From the IMG/VR virus record IMGVR_UViG_3300032285_003158, positions 1,755 to 65,754 of that record: DNA of 64,000 bases, one strand, 5' to 3'. Source of the DNA: a virus (taxonomy: Duplodnaviria; Caudoviricetes). The first letter of the stretch is position 1. Each line of letters begins with the position of its first letter. Below, one piece after another: positions 1-8,160 of the stretch. Below the pieces are notes generated by a model. That model ran no database searches, was not told the DNA's origin, and was given only the letters and a program-made list of their open reading frames with translations. Made by a program: the position numbers and the translations under genes.

Positions 1-32
1 CTAAGGCTCAACAAGAACAATATGATATTTGG

Positions 33-338
33 TTGAAGTCGCATCAACCAAAAGGCATTAGTTTGTCTAAGGGAGTCTCTTTTGAGCGAGTTAATCCTGT
101 TGTTTCCAGTACTCCATACGTGCGAAAAGAACCTAGGATTGCTTCACTTGATACGGGATTTAAAGGTGCTCTCACCAAAACTGGAATTATGAAGGACTAT
201 CACAGACTTTCTGCAAAAGATCGAGAAATTGTAGATCATTTGTCGAATTGTGTAGCACCTATTCATAAATCTTCTTATGTTTATGTTTCCGAGGGCATGA
301 ATCCTGCTTGCCTTGGTCGAAAAAACGAAATTTTGTAA
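33..338 (+). CDS. hypothetical phage protein (probably 5'-truncated by the window edge)
   Basis: 101-aa ORF, frame open back to the window start; ends VYVSEGMNPACLGRKNEIL. Confidence 0.6.
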   Translation: MKSHQPKGISLSKGVSFERVNPVVSSTPYVRKEPRIASLDTGFKGALTKTGIMKDYHRLSAKDREIVDHLSNCVAPIHKSSYVYVSEGMNPACLGRKNEIL

Positions 339-353
339 TTACAAAGGTAAAAA

Positions 354-497
354 ATGAACGAAAACACCCAAACCAACGAAACTCCTGAACCACAAGCTTG
401 GCAACTACTCGACCAAGTGATCCGAAAGTGGGCAACACTCTCTGGATTTGAAAAGGATCAAGAAAATTATGCGAATCTGAAAGAATTGTATGACTAA
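354..497 (+). CDS. small hypothetical protein (47 aa)
   Basis: ATG after aaaggtaaaaa RBS; MNENTQTNETPEPQAWQLLDQVIRKWATLSGFEKDQENYANLKELYD*. Confidence 0.6.
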   Translation: MNENTQTNETPEPQAWQLLDQVIRKWATLSGFEKDQENYANLKELYD

Positions 498-690
498 ATC
501 ATACGTAACCTTGATCGAAGAGGCGCCAGACGGCTCAGGCGACGGAATCCTGACATTTCCAGATGAAATGATTGCGGAATTAGGTTGGAAAGAAGGGCAA
601 CGTCTTCAATTTTCAGTTAATGAAGAAGGAAATATCACTCTTAAAGCAGTTCCTTATGAAAATGTCTCTTCAGAGCAACAAAAAACTTGA
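490..690 (+). CDS. AbrB/MazE/SpoVT-like small DNA-binding protein
   Basis: GDGILTFPDEMIAELGWKEGQRLQFSVNEEGNITLK fits the swapped-hairpin AbrB pattern. Confidence 0.7.
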   Translation: MTKSYVTLIEEAPDGSGDGILTFPDEMIAELGWKEGQRLQFSVNEEGNITLKAVPYENVSSEQQKT

Positions 691-715
691 CACACCGGTC
701 ATTTTTCGATAGAAT
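687..715 (+). promoter_or_regulatory. sigma70-type promoter
   Basis: TTGACA(687-692)-N17-TAGAAT(710-715) upstream of the VWA gene. Confidence 0.7.
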
Positions 716-739
716 GTAGTCTTCTACATAGGAAATCGC

Positions 740-2956
740 ATGGATCTCATTCAATCTAAGTCACTTCTCGCCAAACTGATGGCAACAGAGAACATTATTG
801 TTGAACAACGTAATGTTCGTACTGCATCTTTTGATGTTTCAAATCGTATTCTTACGGTTCCAACTCTGGATTCGAAAATCTCTCCTTTCCTCTATGACCT
901 TTTTATGGGTCATGAGACTGGACATGCGATTTATACACCAGAAGATGGTATGAAAAAGGCAATTTCCATGAAGTTGTCTATGTCCGTCGCAAATGTAGTT
1001 GAAGATGCACGGATTGAGCGTAAGATCAAGGACAAATATCCCGGTCTTCGCAATTCTTTCATCCGTGGATATCGTGAGCTTATCGAGAAGGATTTTTTTG
1101 GTACTAACGGCGTCGACCTTAATACTATGAACTTCATTGACCGTTGCAACCTTTACTTTAAGGGTGGTGCAACTTTCAGTATCAAGTTCAATGACAAAGA
1201 AAACCAACTTGTCGACCTCATCAATGGTACCAAGTCATATGATGATGTTATCGAAGTTACCAAGAAGGTGATGGAGTATCTCAAAGAAGAAAAAGAAGAA
1301 CGCAAGAAGACTCTTTCCTTGCCGGAAGAAAGTGATGACGATCTGGAATCCGATGAGGATGATGAACGTACTTCCGATTATCTGGATGATTATCTAGACG
1401 ATCTAGATGATTTGTATGAAGATGAAAAACCTATCAAGTCTTCTTCTAATAAGTCTGATGAAAAAGGTGAAGAAAGTCCCAAAAAGGTTGACGCACCATC
1501 TGAAAAGAATATGTCTGGTTCTGAAGCCGACAAAGAGGAAGATGCATATGATGCTTTCCGTGGAGCAGGTTTCGATTCTTTTCCAGAAGAAGACATCCGC
1601 TCACATACGGATGATGCATTCCGTCAAAACGAATCCAAGTTGTTTTCGGCTAGTAGCATGAACTACTACTATGGTAATATTCCTAACATCGAATCAAAAG
1701 ATGTTATTGTTCCATACAAGACTATTTGGAATCGGTATCGGCAACATAATTTCGAAATTACCGATTTGTATAAGAAGTATGGTGATCCAAGGGAAGTAAC
1801 TGGTATCGATACTGCAAAGTTTCAAAAAGTTCGCACCGAAGCAGCCAAGGTTTCTTCTTATCTTGCGAAAGAGTTTGAACTCCGCAAGAATGCAGACCAG
1901 ATGAAACGTGCATCGATCAGCAAGACTGGTGAGTTGAATATGTCTCGCATTTCAAACTATCAGTTCAGCGAAGATATCTTCAAGAAGATCACCGTTGTTC
2001 CTGGTGGTAAGTCTCATGGACTGGTTATGTTCATCGATTGGTCTGGTAGTATGACTGATCATATTCAAAGTACTATCAAGCAATTGATTAACCTTGTCAT
2101 GTTCTGCAAGAAGGTTTCTATTCCTTACGAAGTTTATGCCTTCACCACAAGTTATTATCCAGAGGGTCTAGGCCAGCATTATCGAGCATCAGATAAGCAA
2201 GGTGATATTGTAACCCATTCATTTTCTCTGTTGAATATTCTGTCGAGCAAAATGTCTGCTGTTGATTTCACTTATGCTGGATCCGCACTTATCGAGATGT
2301 TTGAGCCGCAGTACCGCAGAAACTTTCCCGACTGGTTCTCGCTAGGTGGTACTCCACTTAATGAGACAGTTATTGCAGCAATGAATATTGTTCCAGAGTT
2401 CCAGAAGTCTTATAAACTTCAGATTGTCAATACTGTGTTCCTGACCGATGGTGAAGGTCATAGTAATGCATCTGTCTACGGCGAAAGTAGTGAGAATTCC
2501 AAATGTGTAGTACAGGATCCTTCTTATAAAGACCGCCTGATTCTGCGTGATCCGATCACCAAGAACCAGGAGATTCCTGGCGGTAACCGTGGTAGGCAAT
2601 TGACTGCGAGTTATATCAAACTTCTCAAGTCTAGGACTAACTGCAATATCGTTGGTTTCTATATCCTGAACGGTCGTAACTTCCGATCAGATGCAAGAGA
2701 TTTTTTCCCATCAACCGCAAACTTCGACCAATTGTACAGTACATTCAGCAAAGAGAAGTCACTGGTTGTAACCTCCGCAGGTTATGATGAGTATTATATG
2801 CTCCGTGCTAATGCTATGAACACCGAAGAAGGTACCGAATTTACCGTGAAAGAAAACGCAACAACCAAAGGCCTAGTTTCCGCATTCAGTAAGTACACCG
2901 GAAATAGACTGTCTAACCGAGTAGTACTGAACCGATTCATCGGTATGATCGCATAA
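740..2956 (+). CDS. metallopeptidase-like/VWA-domain protein (CobT-like partner of MoxR AAA ATPase)
   Basis: N-terminal HETGH and EDARIER, acidic linker, C-terminal MIDAS DWSGSM, GGTPL, FLTDGE. Confidence 0.8.
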   Translation: MDLIQSKSLLAKLMATENIIVEQRNVRTASFDVSNRILTVPTLDSKISPFLYDLFMGHETGHAIYTPEDGMKKAISMKLSMSVANVVEDARIERKIKDKYPGLRNSFIRGYRELIEKDFFGTNGVDLNTMNFIDRCNLYFKGGATFSIKFNDKENQLVDLINGTKSYDDVIEVTKKVMEYLKEEKEERKKTLSLPEESDDDLESDEDDERTSDYLDDYLDDLDDLYEDEKPIKSSSNKSDEKGEESPKKVDAPSEKNMSGSEADKEEDAYDAFRGAGFDSFPEEDIRSHTDDAFRQNESKLFSASSMNYYYGNIPNIESKDVIVPYKTIWNRYRQHNFEITDLYKKYGDPREVTGIDTAKFQKVRTEAAKVSSYLAKEFELRKNADQMKRASISKTGELNMSRISNYQFSEDIFKKITVVPGGKSHGLVMFIDWSGSMTDHIQSTIKQLINLVMFCKKVSIPYEVYAFTTSYYPEGLGQHYRASDKQGDIVTHSFSLLNILSSKMSAVDFTYAGSALIEMFEPQYRRNFPDWFSLGGTPLNETVIAAMNIVPEFQKSYKLQIVNTVFLTDGEGHSNASVYGESSENSKCVVQDPSYKDRLILRDPITKNQEIPGGNRGRQLTASYIKLLKSRTNCNIVGFYILNGRNFRSDARDFFPSTANFDQLYSTFSKEKSLVVTSAGYDEYYMLRANAMNTEEGTEFTVKENATTKGLVSAFSKYTGNRLSNRVVLNRFIGMIA

Positions 2957-2968
2957 TAGGAGAAACAA

Positions 2969-3175
2969 ATGAACAATCGAATTCTAAGTCTTTATAACTT
3001 ACCCAAGAAAGCAGATGTAGTTAAAATCTCAGAGTCTGGTTATCTTGTCGAGTATTACGTAGATGACAGGATCATTCATAAGAGTGGTCCTTACTATAAC
3101 ATCGATGAAGCGAAAGATATCGCAGAAAACTATATTTTCGAATCTACCTCTAAACCAACTCTACTGAATGAATAA
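2969..3175 (+). CDS. hypothetical protein
   Basis: 68-aa ORF with aggaga RBS. Confidence 0.6.
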   Translation: MNNRILSLYNLPKKADVVKISESGYLVEYYVDDRIIHKSGPYYNIDEAKDIAENYIFESTSKPTLLNE

Positions 3176-3494
3176 TATGGACGAAATTATAAAAGAAACT
3201 CTTCTTATTACACAGGAAGAATGTGCAGAAGTCACACAGGCTATCTCGAAAGTGTTTCGATTTGGTATGAATGCACAGTATCCCGCAGGAGCACCTACCA
3301 ATAAGGAGAGGCTCGAAGAGGAGCTGGGTGACCTACAGGCAATGATCATTCTGTTAGGACAGAAGGGCATCATCAGCACAAAGAGTGTTGAGTTTGCAGC
3401 AGCAGAAAAAATCGAGAAACTGAAGAAGTGGTCTAATATATTTGCAGATTCGAAGCCAAAGACCAATATGGATGATTTCAAGGACTTTCTGTGA
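3168..3494 (+). CDS. MazG-like NTP pyrophosphohydrolase
   Basis: EECAEVTQAISKVFRFG...LEEELGDL motif. Confidence 0.7.
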   Translation: MNNMDEIIKETLLITQEECAEVTQAISKVFRFGMNAQYPAGAPTNKERLEEELGDLQAMIILLGQKGIISTKSVEFAAAEKIEKLKKWSNIFADSKPKTNMDDFKDFL

Positions 3495-3764
3495 ATCCCG
3501 ACGAACTTATTAATTTTCTAAACCATGTGATGGTATGGATTGATCCAAGTAATCCAGTGAAGGTCGAGATATATCAGGTGATTCAGAGGCTGAAAGCTCA
3601 GAGGGGTTAAGAGTACCCCGAAAAAAATTAGAGGACCTTAGGGACCTCCTAAAAAAATTTCGAAAATGTGTGGGATTTGGCCGAGTAAAAAAGTTACAGA
3701 AACAACAGTTTGACCACCACCGAGCTTTTTACCTAACAGTCTGTTCCGCCACCCACCATAAGCC

Positions 3765-3787
3765 AAAAAAAGGGTGCCGAAGCACCC
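3765..3787 (-). terminator. Rho-independent terminator of the leftward early cassettes
   Basis: minus strand GGGTGC-TTCG-GCACCC-TTTTTTT. Confidence 0.85.
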
Positions 3788-3829
3788 GTGTGGACTCCAG
3801 CCGGACCTCAGTCCAGCCTCAGAGTGACC

Positions 3830-4027
3830 TCAGGCAGCCAACATCTCCGCCGTGATACCAAATTCCTTCATGATTCCCCGAGCCTCGCGCACGGCTGCCA
3901 CCTTCAGAGCCTCCGTGGCCTTTTGGTCGGCGCGAGCCTTGGCCAGTGCGGCCTTGGCAGCCTCTAGTGCCTGCAACGCGGTCTCCAGAACGGGAGCGGT
4001 GGTTTGGGTGGTAATGGTTTGTGTCAT
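3830..4027 (-). CDS. truncated H-NS-like oligomerisation-domain protein
   Basis: coiled coil then AVREARGIMKEFGITAEMLAA, resembling the central motif of proteobacterial H-NS-like proteins; no DNA-binding domain; aaaggaa RBS. Confidence 0.55.
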   Translation of the reverse strand: MTQTITTQTTAPVLETALQALEAAKAALAKARADQKATEALKVAAVREARGIMKEFGITAEMLAA

Positions 4028-4053
4028 GGTAGTTCCTTTTGGTTGTGGTAAAT

Positions 4054-4326
4054 TCAGATGGATGCCGACCGAGCCATGATAGCCTCGGCGCGGCGCTTGG
4101 CACGGATATCGTTCACCGTGCGGATGCGGGATTCAAGGTCAGCCAGAATGGTTGCCTTAGCCTTAGGGGTCAGTCCGTCAATAAAACCACCGAGAGCGGA
4201 GCCGATATAGCCCAGAGTGAAGGCAGAGGCGTCGGCATAGGTGGAGCCGTCTTCCACTTGGCGCTCACGGAGGGCGTCGATCAGATCGGAGATGATATCG
4301 CCGGCGGGGATGGTAGCTTTTGGCAT
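4054..4326 (-). CDS. hypothetical early protein
   Basis: MPKATIPAG... start after aaaggaaa RBS. Confidence 0.65.
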   Translation of the reverse strand: MPKATIPAGDIISDLIDALRERQVEDGSTYADASAFTLGYIGSALGGFIDGLTPKAKATILADLESRIRTVNDIRAKRRAEAIMARSASI

Positions 4327-4342
4327 GGTGTTTCCTTTTGGA

Positions 4343-4438
4343 TTAGGGTTGAGCGGCGAGGACAACCAGGCCGAACAGTGCGAAGACTGCGATCATGAAG
4401 ACGAAGATGGTAATGGTTGCAAAGGTTTCGGTTTTCAT
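4343..4438 (-). CDS. small single-pass membrane peptide (31 aa)
   Basis: MKTETFATITIFVFMIAVFALFGLVVLAAQP*, RBS caggaa, first gene after promoter P1. Confidence 0.6.
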   Translation of the reverse strand: MKTETFATITIFVFMIAVFALFGLVVLAAQP

Positions 4439-4463
4439 GTTGTTTCCTGATTCGATGGAGTCT

Positions 4464-4491
4464 ATTCTACACGTTTCGGTGGAAATGGCAA
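4464..4491 (-). promoter_or_regulatory. early promoter repeat P1
   Basis: TTGCCA-N16-TAGAAT-agactccATCgaa. Confidence 0.8.
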
Positions 4492-4499
4492 CCATTTCC

Positions 4500-4658
4500 T
4501 TAAGCTTTTTCGATGGTGTCCACCTCGCCGTAGCAGGTCACGGAATACTTGGTTAGACTGGTGAACCTTGCCATGGCAACGGCTTGGCTTGGTGCCTGTA
4601 CTACCCGGAATTCGGAGTCGGTCTGGGACCACTCCACGCGCAGGATGTAGAATTTCAT
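4500..4658 (-). CDS. small hypothetical protein (52 aa)
   Basis: MKFYILRVEWSQTDSEFRVVQAPSQAVAMARFTSLTKYSVTCYGEVDTIEKA*, ggagggg RBS. Confidence 0.6.
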   Translation of the reverse strand: MKFYILRVEWSQTDSEFRVVQAPSQAVAMARFTSLTKYSVTCYGEVDTIEKA

Positions 4659-4659
4659 T

Positions 4660-4758
4660 TCAACCCCTCCAGGCCAACATTACACCGATTCCTGCGGAGA
4701 TGGCCAAGACCAGCACCATCGCAAGAGCTTCTTTAATTTTTTCGTTTCGTTTCATCAT
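4660..4758 (-). CDS. small membrane peptide, leaderless (32 aa)
   Basis: MMKRNEKIKEALAMVLVLAISAGIGVMLAWRG*; ATG 7 nt after the -10 of P2. Confidence 0.6.
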   Translation of the reverse strand: MMKRNEKIKEALAMVLVLAISAGIGVMLAWRG

Positions 4759-4765
4759 GGAATGG

Positions 4766-4793
4766 ACTATAGCAGAACCAGGGGAAATGGCAA
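4766..4793 (-). promoter_or_regulatory. early promoter repeat P2 (leaderless type)
   Basis: TTGCCA-N16-TATAGT-ccattccATG. Confidence 0.8.
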
Positions 4794-4802
4794 CCATTTT
4801 CT

Positions 4803-5111
4803 TCAAAGCTTTGCCCAACCAACTGGCAGGCAGATCCACTCCACGCCGTCAACCACTACAATGTCACCGACGGAGAAGGAGCGATCGACCCAGCCCATGG
4901 ACTCCTTAAGGGACTCCTTGGATGGGTTGTTGCACAGATCGAACACCATCTCCGCAGCGTCCTCGCCAACCAGGTCGGTTGGAATCATACCGACCAGGCG
5001 GTAGTGTGACCGGTTGGTCCTAACCCGTTCCAGCGACTCGGAGCGGTACAATTCGAACAAACCGAACAGATGGTCCGGTGCCAAGAAAATGTGGACATTC
5101 CTTTGTGTCAT
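4803..5111 (-). CDS. YodL-like domain protein
   Basis: C-terminal RSFSVGDIVVVDGVEWICLPVGW; start MTQRN after aaggag. Confidence 0.55.
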   Translation of the reverse strand: MTQRNVHIFLAPDHLFGLFELYRSESLERVRTNRSHYRLVGMIPTDLVGEDAAEMVFDLCNNPSKESLKESMGWVDRSFSVGDIVVVDGVEWICLPVGWAKL

Positions 5112-5121
5112 GGTGTACTCC

Positions 5122-5412
5122 TTAGGCCTTGACGGCAACCGTAAACGAACCGCAACAATTGGAGACCCGAATGCCGCGGAGCAAACCGTCGGCGTATTCC
5201 GTGAAATAATCGCGGGAGCCACCAACCAACCATACGCCAGCCAGACCCAGATTGTTTTCGCACGGATAGTTGGCGTCCTTAGCCACCTCGAACGAGTCAC
5301 CAACTGGCATAACGCAGTCCACCATCGGATCGAAGGACGATCCAACCTTGATGAAAGGACGGGGATTCTTGCGGAGGAAGGCTTTGAAAGTGGCTTTGGT
5401 GATTTTGCTCAT
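5122..5412 (-). CDS. hypothetical early protein
   Basis: 96-aa ORF with aaggaaa RBS downstream of P3. Confidence 0.7.
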   Translation of the reverse strand: MSKITKATFKAFLRKNPRPFIKVGSSFDPMVDCVMPVGDSFEVAKDANYPCENNLGLAGVWLVGGSRDYFTEYADGLLRGIRVSNCCGSFTVAVKA

Positions 5413-5597
5413 GGTGTTTCCTTGCTTGTTTCTTGATTCGATGGATGGACTATAGCAGAACCGGATGGAATGTCAACCATCCGAACAACAAAACTGGCAT
5501 CCATCCTAGTTGACAACCACTTGGAGAGGCCGGCGTGGTCATCCTGAAGGAGACCAGGCACCAGCGCGACGGATCGGTTATCAAGTGGACTTGGCAT
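5409..5597 (-). CDS. hypothetical early protein, leaderless
   Basis: ATG 7 nt after the -10 of P4; its 3' end overlaps P3. Confidence 0.5.
   Translation of the reverse strand: MPSPLDNRSVALVPGLLQDDHAGLSKWLSTRMDASFVVRMVDIPSGSAIVHPSNQETSKETP
5449..5476 (-). promoter_or_regulatory. early promoter repeat P3
   Basis: TTGACA-N16-TATAGT-ccatccATCgaa. Confidence 0.8.
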
Positions 5598-5604
5598 GGA
5601 ATGA

Positions 5605-5707
5605 ACTATAGCACACCGAACCGGAATGTCAACCAGTTCCGGATAGTTGACCAGGATGGTCGGGTATTTCCAGGAAGCTTGACGCAGTCCGCCAGTCCTG
5701 GTATAAT
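5605..5707. promoter_or_regulatory. divergent promoter pair P4(-)/P5(+) with intervening TTGACC-N5-GGTC element
   Basis: P4 TTGACA-N16-TATAGT (5632-5605); TTGACC at 5647; P5 TTGACG(5679)-N17-TATAAT(5702). Confidence 0.75.
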
Positions 5708-5829
5708 GAACCTATTCGAAAGCGAGACTGGGATGGACGGCATTTGCATATTACTGAGTAAATTTACTCTGTAGTATACAATTTATGTCGTTGACTTGCA
5801 ACAGCGTACTTCCTGGCGGGGCATGTGTA

Positions 5830-6051
5830 ATGGGTAAAGCCTTCAAGAGCGGTCCATGCACCTATTGCGGCGTGGCTGGCTCCACCACCGCAGATCACGT
5901 CATTGCACGTGGCTTCTTCCCTCTGGACCTACGAGCGAACCTGCCCGACATCCTAACCTTCGCGCACTTGAAAACGGCGTCGGTTCGCCATTCGAAAATG
6001 GCGAAGGACTGGTTGCCATCCTCACCGGTCCGTGTATACTCCATTCCATGA
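5830..6051 (+). pseudogene. N-terminal fragment of a bacterial-type HNH endonuclease
   Basis: MGKAFKSGPCTYCGVAGSTTADHVIARGFFP..RANLP, then lacks the second CxxC/N half. Confidence 0.5.
6013..6040 (+). promoter_or_regulatory. early promoter repeat P6 (leaderless type)
   Basis: TTGCCA-N16-TATACT-ccattccATG. Confidence 0.8.
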
Positions 6052-6431
6052 TGAAACAGGAGATCGAATTGTCCAAGTACCAATCCATGGACCTGAACGA
6101 GCTGGGCAGCCTTGCATCTGACTACCACAAGGACGTCCATGGCTTCCGACCACGTGGGAACGGTCTATACGCCAACCGGGACGCCTTGATTGACATCCTT
6201 GAGGGTTTGGATGCCTACATGGCTTCCCGCCGTTCCACCTTTGCTGGACGTGAGTCCATGCGGGCTGACGGCTGGCACGTATTGGAGACCGAGCCAGAAT
6301 TGATCCAACAATCCATCTGGCTTGCAGAGGAGCGGGATCGGGAACGCCGTGAGAATGACGAAACCGGTGGCTACTGGTCAGAGGCCATGGCAGAGGCATC
6401 CAACCTCCGTCGCCAATACGGCAAGGCATAA
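6048..6431 (+). CDS. conserved phage hypothetical protein (SDxHKDxxGFRPR family), leaderless
   Basis: MMKQEIELSK...SDYHKDVHGFRPR. Confidence 0.7.
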   Translation: MMKQEIELSKYQSMDLNELGSLASDYHKDVHGFRPRGNGLYANRDALIDILEGLDAYMASRRSTFAGRESMRADGWHVLETEPELIQQSIWLAEERDRERRENDETGGYWSEAMAEASNLRRQYGKA

Positions 6432-6434
6432 TGG

Positions 6435-6462
6435 TTGCCATCCTGCAGGACTCCTGTAGAAT
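6435..6462 (+). promoter_or_regulatory. early promoter repeat P7
   Basis: TTGCCA-N16-TAGAAT-agactccATCgaattga. Confidence 0.8.
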
Positions 6463-6493
6463 AGACTCCATCGAATTGAAAAGGACACCAACC

Positions 6494-6691
6494 ATGACCA
6501 CCACCGAATATCTTTTCTCCAAGGGCTACTCCGCAACCGAAGTGGAGACCATCATGCGCGAGATTATGGAGCTCGACGGCACCACGGCATTCTCGGATCC
6601 AGTGGTCGCCGAATGGGTGGCAGCCGATCCGTACGCCGTCGATGGTGAGGAGTTGGTGGACGTGTGGGAATTGATGGATGTTCCGTTCTAA
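6494..6691 (+). CDS. small acidic protein with SSB-Ct-like tail (paralog of 8742-8915)
   Basis: MTTTEYLFSKGYSATEVETIMREI...LMDVPF. Confidence 0.7.
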   Translation: MTTTEYLFSKGYSATEVETIMREIMELDGTTAFSDPVVAEWVAADPYAVDGEELVDVWELMDVPF

Positions 6692-6705
6692 ACCACGCCG
6701 GCTGA

Positions 6706-6787
6706 CACACTACCTGTAGTGTCCCGCCCGCAGAAAACAGGCGGAAACCTCGGGTTTTTCGATCTCGTCACACTACCTGTAGTGTCC
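6706..6787. repeat. two direct copies of a 19-bp palindromic element
   Basis: CACACTACCTGTAGTGTCC at 6706-6724 and 6769-6787, 63 bp apart. Confidence 0.9.
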
Positions 6788-6798
6788 ACAAAAAGTGG

Positions 6799-6826
6799 TT
6801 GCCAAACCGTCTGGAACCTGTACAAT
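6799..6826 (+). promoter_or_regulatory. early promoter repeat P8 (no convincing downstream ORF)
   Basis: TTGCCA-N16-TACAAT. Confidence 0.75.
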
Positions 6827-7043
6827 CCACTCCATTGATTCGAAGGGCAACCCCGGGATGGACGTGGAGGCTGGTCGCCATATATTATCCGCAGCGAAAA
6901 TACCAGTATGCCACAGATAATCCTCAGCGGATTATCAGAAAATGCTCAGATACCTTTTGGATTCCGCGGAAATGGTATGGGGTTTTGCGCGGACAATCTC
7001 GGGAATCAACTAAGTCCAATACCATACACCATTCCAGCGATCA

Positions 7044-7200
7044 TTATCCAATGCAATTGCGAATGATTCTCATTTAGATCCACATGGTATCCAACACTTA
7101 TCCACAAAGTTATCCACAGCCTTACCTACCATTGCGACGGCATATGCGCGGGGATACACTATTATGCACAATTACCCACTTCGTTGCACTTTATTGCACG
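7044..7200 (+). promoter_or_regulatory. DnaA-box cluster with Fur-like box
   Basis: TTATCCACA at 7098 and 7110, TTATGCACA at 7162, degenerate copies at 10-12 bp phase; TGCGAATGATTCTCA at 7058-7072. Confidence 0.65.
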
Positions 7201-7265
7201 GAACATGGTTTTTTATTCTAAATTCTAGGCGATAGCCATCAATATGGAATAAGGTTATGCGATGA

Positions 7266-7451
7266 CTATCCTTCTATAATGACCAAATCATCGATGTATT
7301 CATGGTCGGCTAAACTACCCTTGAACGCGGATATAATGAAATAATGTAGTTGTTCTGTAGTATATTCTATCTTTTCACCAGTATGTGGTAATACATCATC
7401 GAGTTCCATTGTAAATGATACGGTGTATTTCTTCATTCTTTTATTCTCCAT
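7266..7451 (-). CDS. hypothetical protein
   Basis: ORF in the leftward operon; start may be the internal MKKYT. Confidence 0.5.
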   Translation of the reverse strand: MENKRMKKYTVSFTMELDDVLPHTGEKIEYTTEQLHYFIISAFKGSLADHEYIDDLVIIEG

Positions 7452-7587
7452 TGTATTCTAGTTGTTCACATTCGAATTGTACTATTGTTTCATAATCTCG
7501 GAGTTCTTTATTGATTATAGATTCAACATAGTTTGGACCAGTATCTTCCGATAATAGTACGTCAATGGTCAGGCGATATAGTTTCAT
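7441..7587 (-). CDS. small hypothetical protein (48 aa)
   Basis: MKLYRLTIDVLLSEDTGPNYVESIINKELRDYETIVQFECEQLEYNGE*, gaggt RBS. Confidence 0.55.
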   Translation of the reverse strand: MKLYRLTIDVLLSEDTGPNYVESIINKELRDYETIVQFECEQLEYNGE

Positions 7588-7635
7588 AGTGTTACCTCTT
7601 CCAGTTTGAATTCTACTTTAGATTGACGACGATAG

Positions 7636-7854
7636 TCATCCATTTTCTTTCTCCTTGATTCCAAAATGTTCTAACATTTTTTCTTTGACTATGATTTCAT
7701 CACCCACAAAATCAAACTTATCCTCAACGAACTGAGCACATTCTCGGATGATTAGTTCGGCAAACTTTTGGCAGAATTCATCGGGAATATACCAAGAAGG
7801 CGTCGGCATATTCTCACATACATTATCAGCTAATTGTAGGATTCTTTCGTTCAT
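7636..7854 (-). CDS. MNERI...FAELI..EC...HFG family small protein
   Basis: MNERILQLA...KFAELIIREC...LEHFGIKE. Confidence 0.7.
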   Translation of the reverse strand: MNERILQLADNVCENMPTPSWYIPDEFCQKFAELIIRECAQFVEDKFDFVGDEIIVKEKMLEHFGIKEKENG

Positions 7855-7869
7855 ATGGCGTAGCGTGTA

Positions 7870-8160
7870 TCAAGTAAACAAAAATTTAAGATTGGATGCG
7901 AGTATCATTGTAGTATCTTCGCATCCCTTACCATAATCGGACAAATCATCATATCCGCCGTCGGTATTAGTTTGACCGAGTTCCAATGCAATATCGGAAC
8001 ATTCTTTGGCGATTAACCGTGCAAACTTATACAATACATCATCGGGAATATGGAGTGCAACTGAATCTGGTTCGTCCTTTAATGCTTCCCGCACTATTTC
8101 ATAGAATCGGGGTGGATACTTGGTGTGAAACTGATGACTATCGTTAGACTGAGAGGACAT
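7870..8160 (-). CDS. hypothetical protein, related FA.LI..EC family
   Basis: contains KFARLIAKEC. Confidence 0.55.
   Translation of the reverse strand: MSSQSNDSHQFHTKYPPRFYEIVREALKDEPDSVALHIPDDVLYKFARLIAKECSDIALELGQTNTDGGYDDLSDYGKGCEDTTMILASNLKFLFT

Noticed and set aside
3852-6522. Long overlapping antisense ORFs in the GC-rich island (e.g. 4039-4398, 5014-5436, 6022-6522)
   Set aside because: Shadow ORFs opposite genes that have promoters and RBSs; expected at higher GC.
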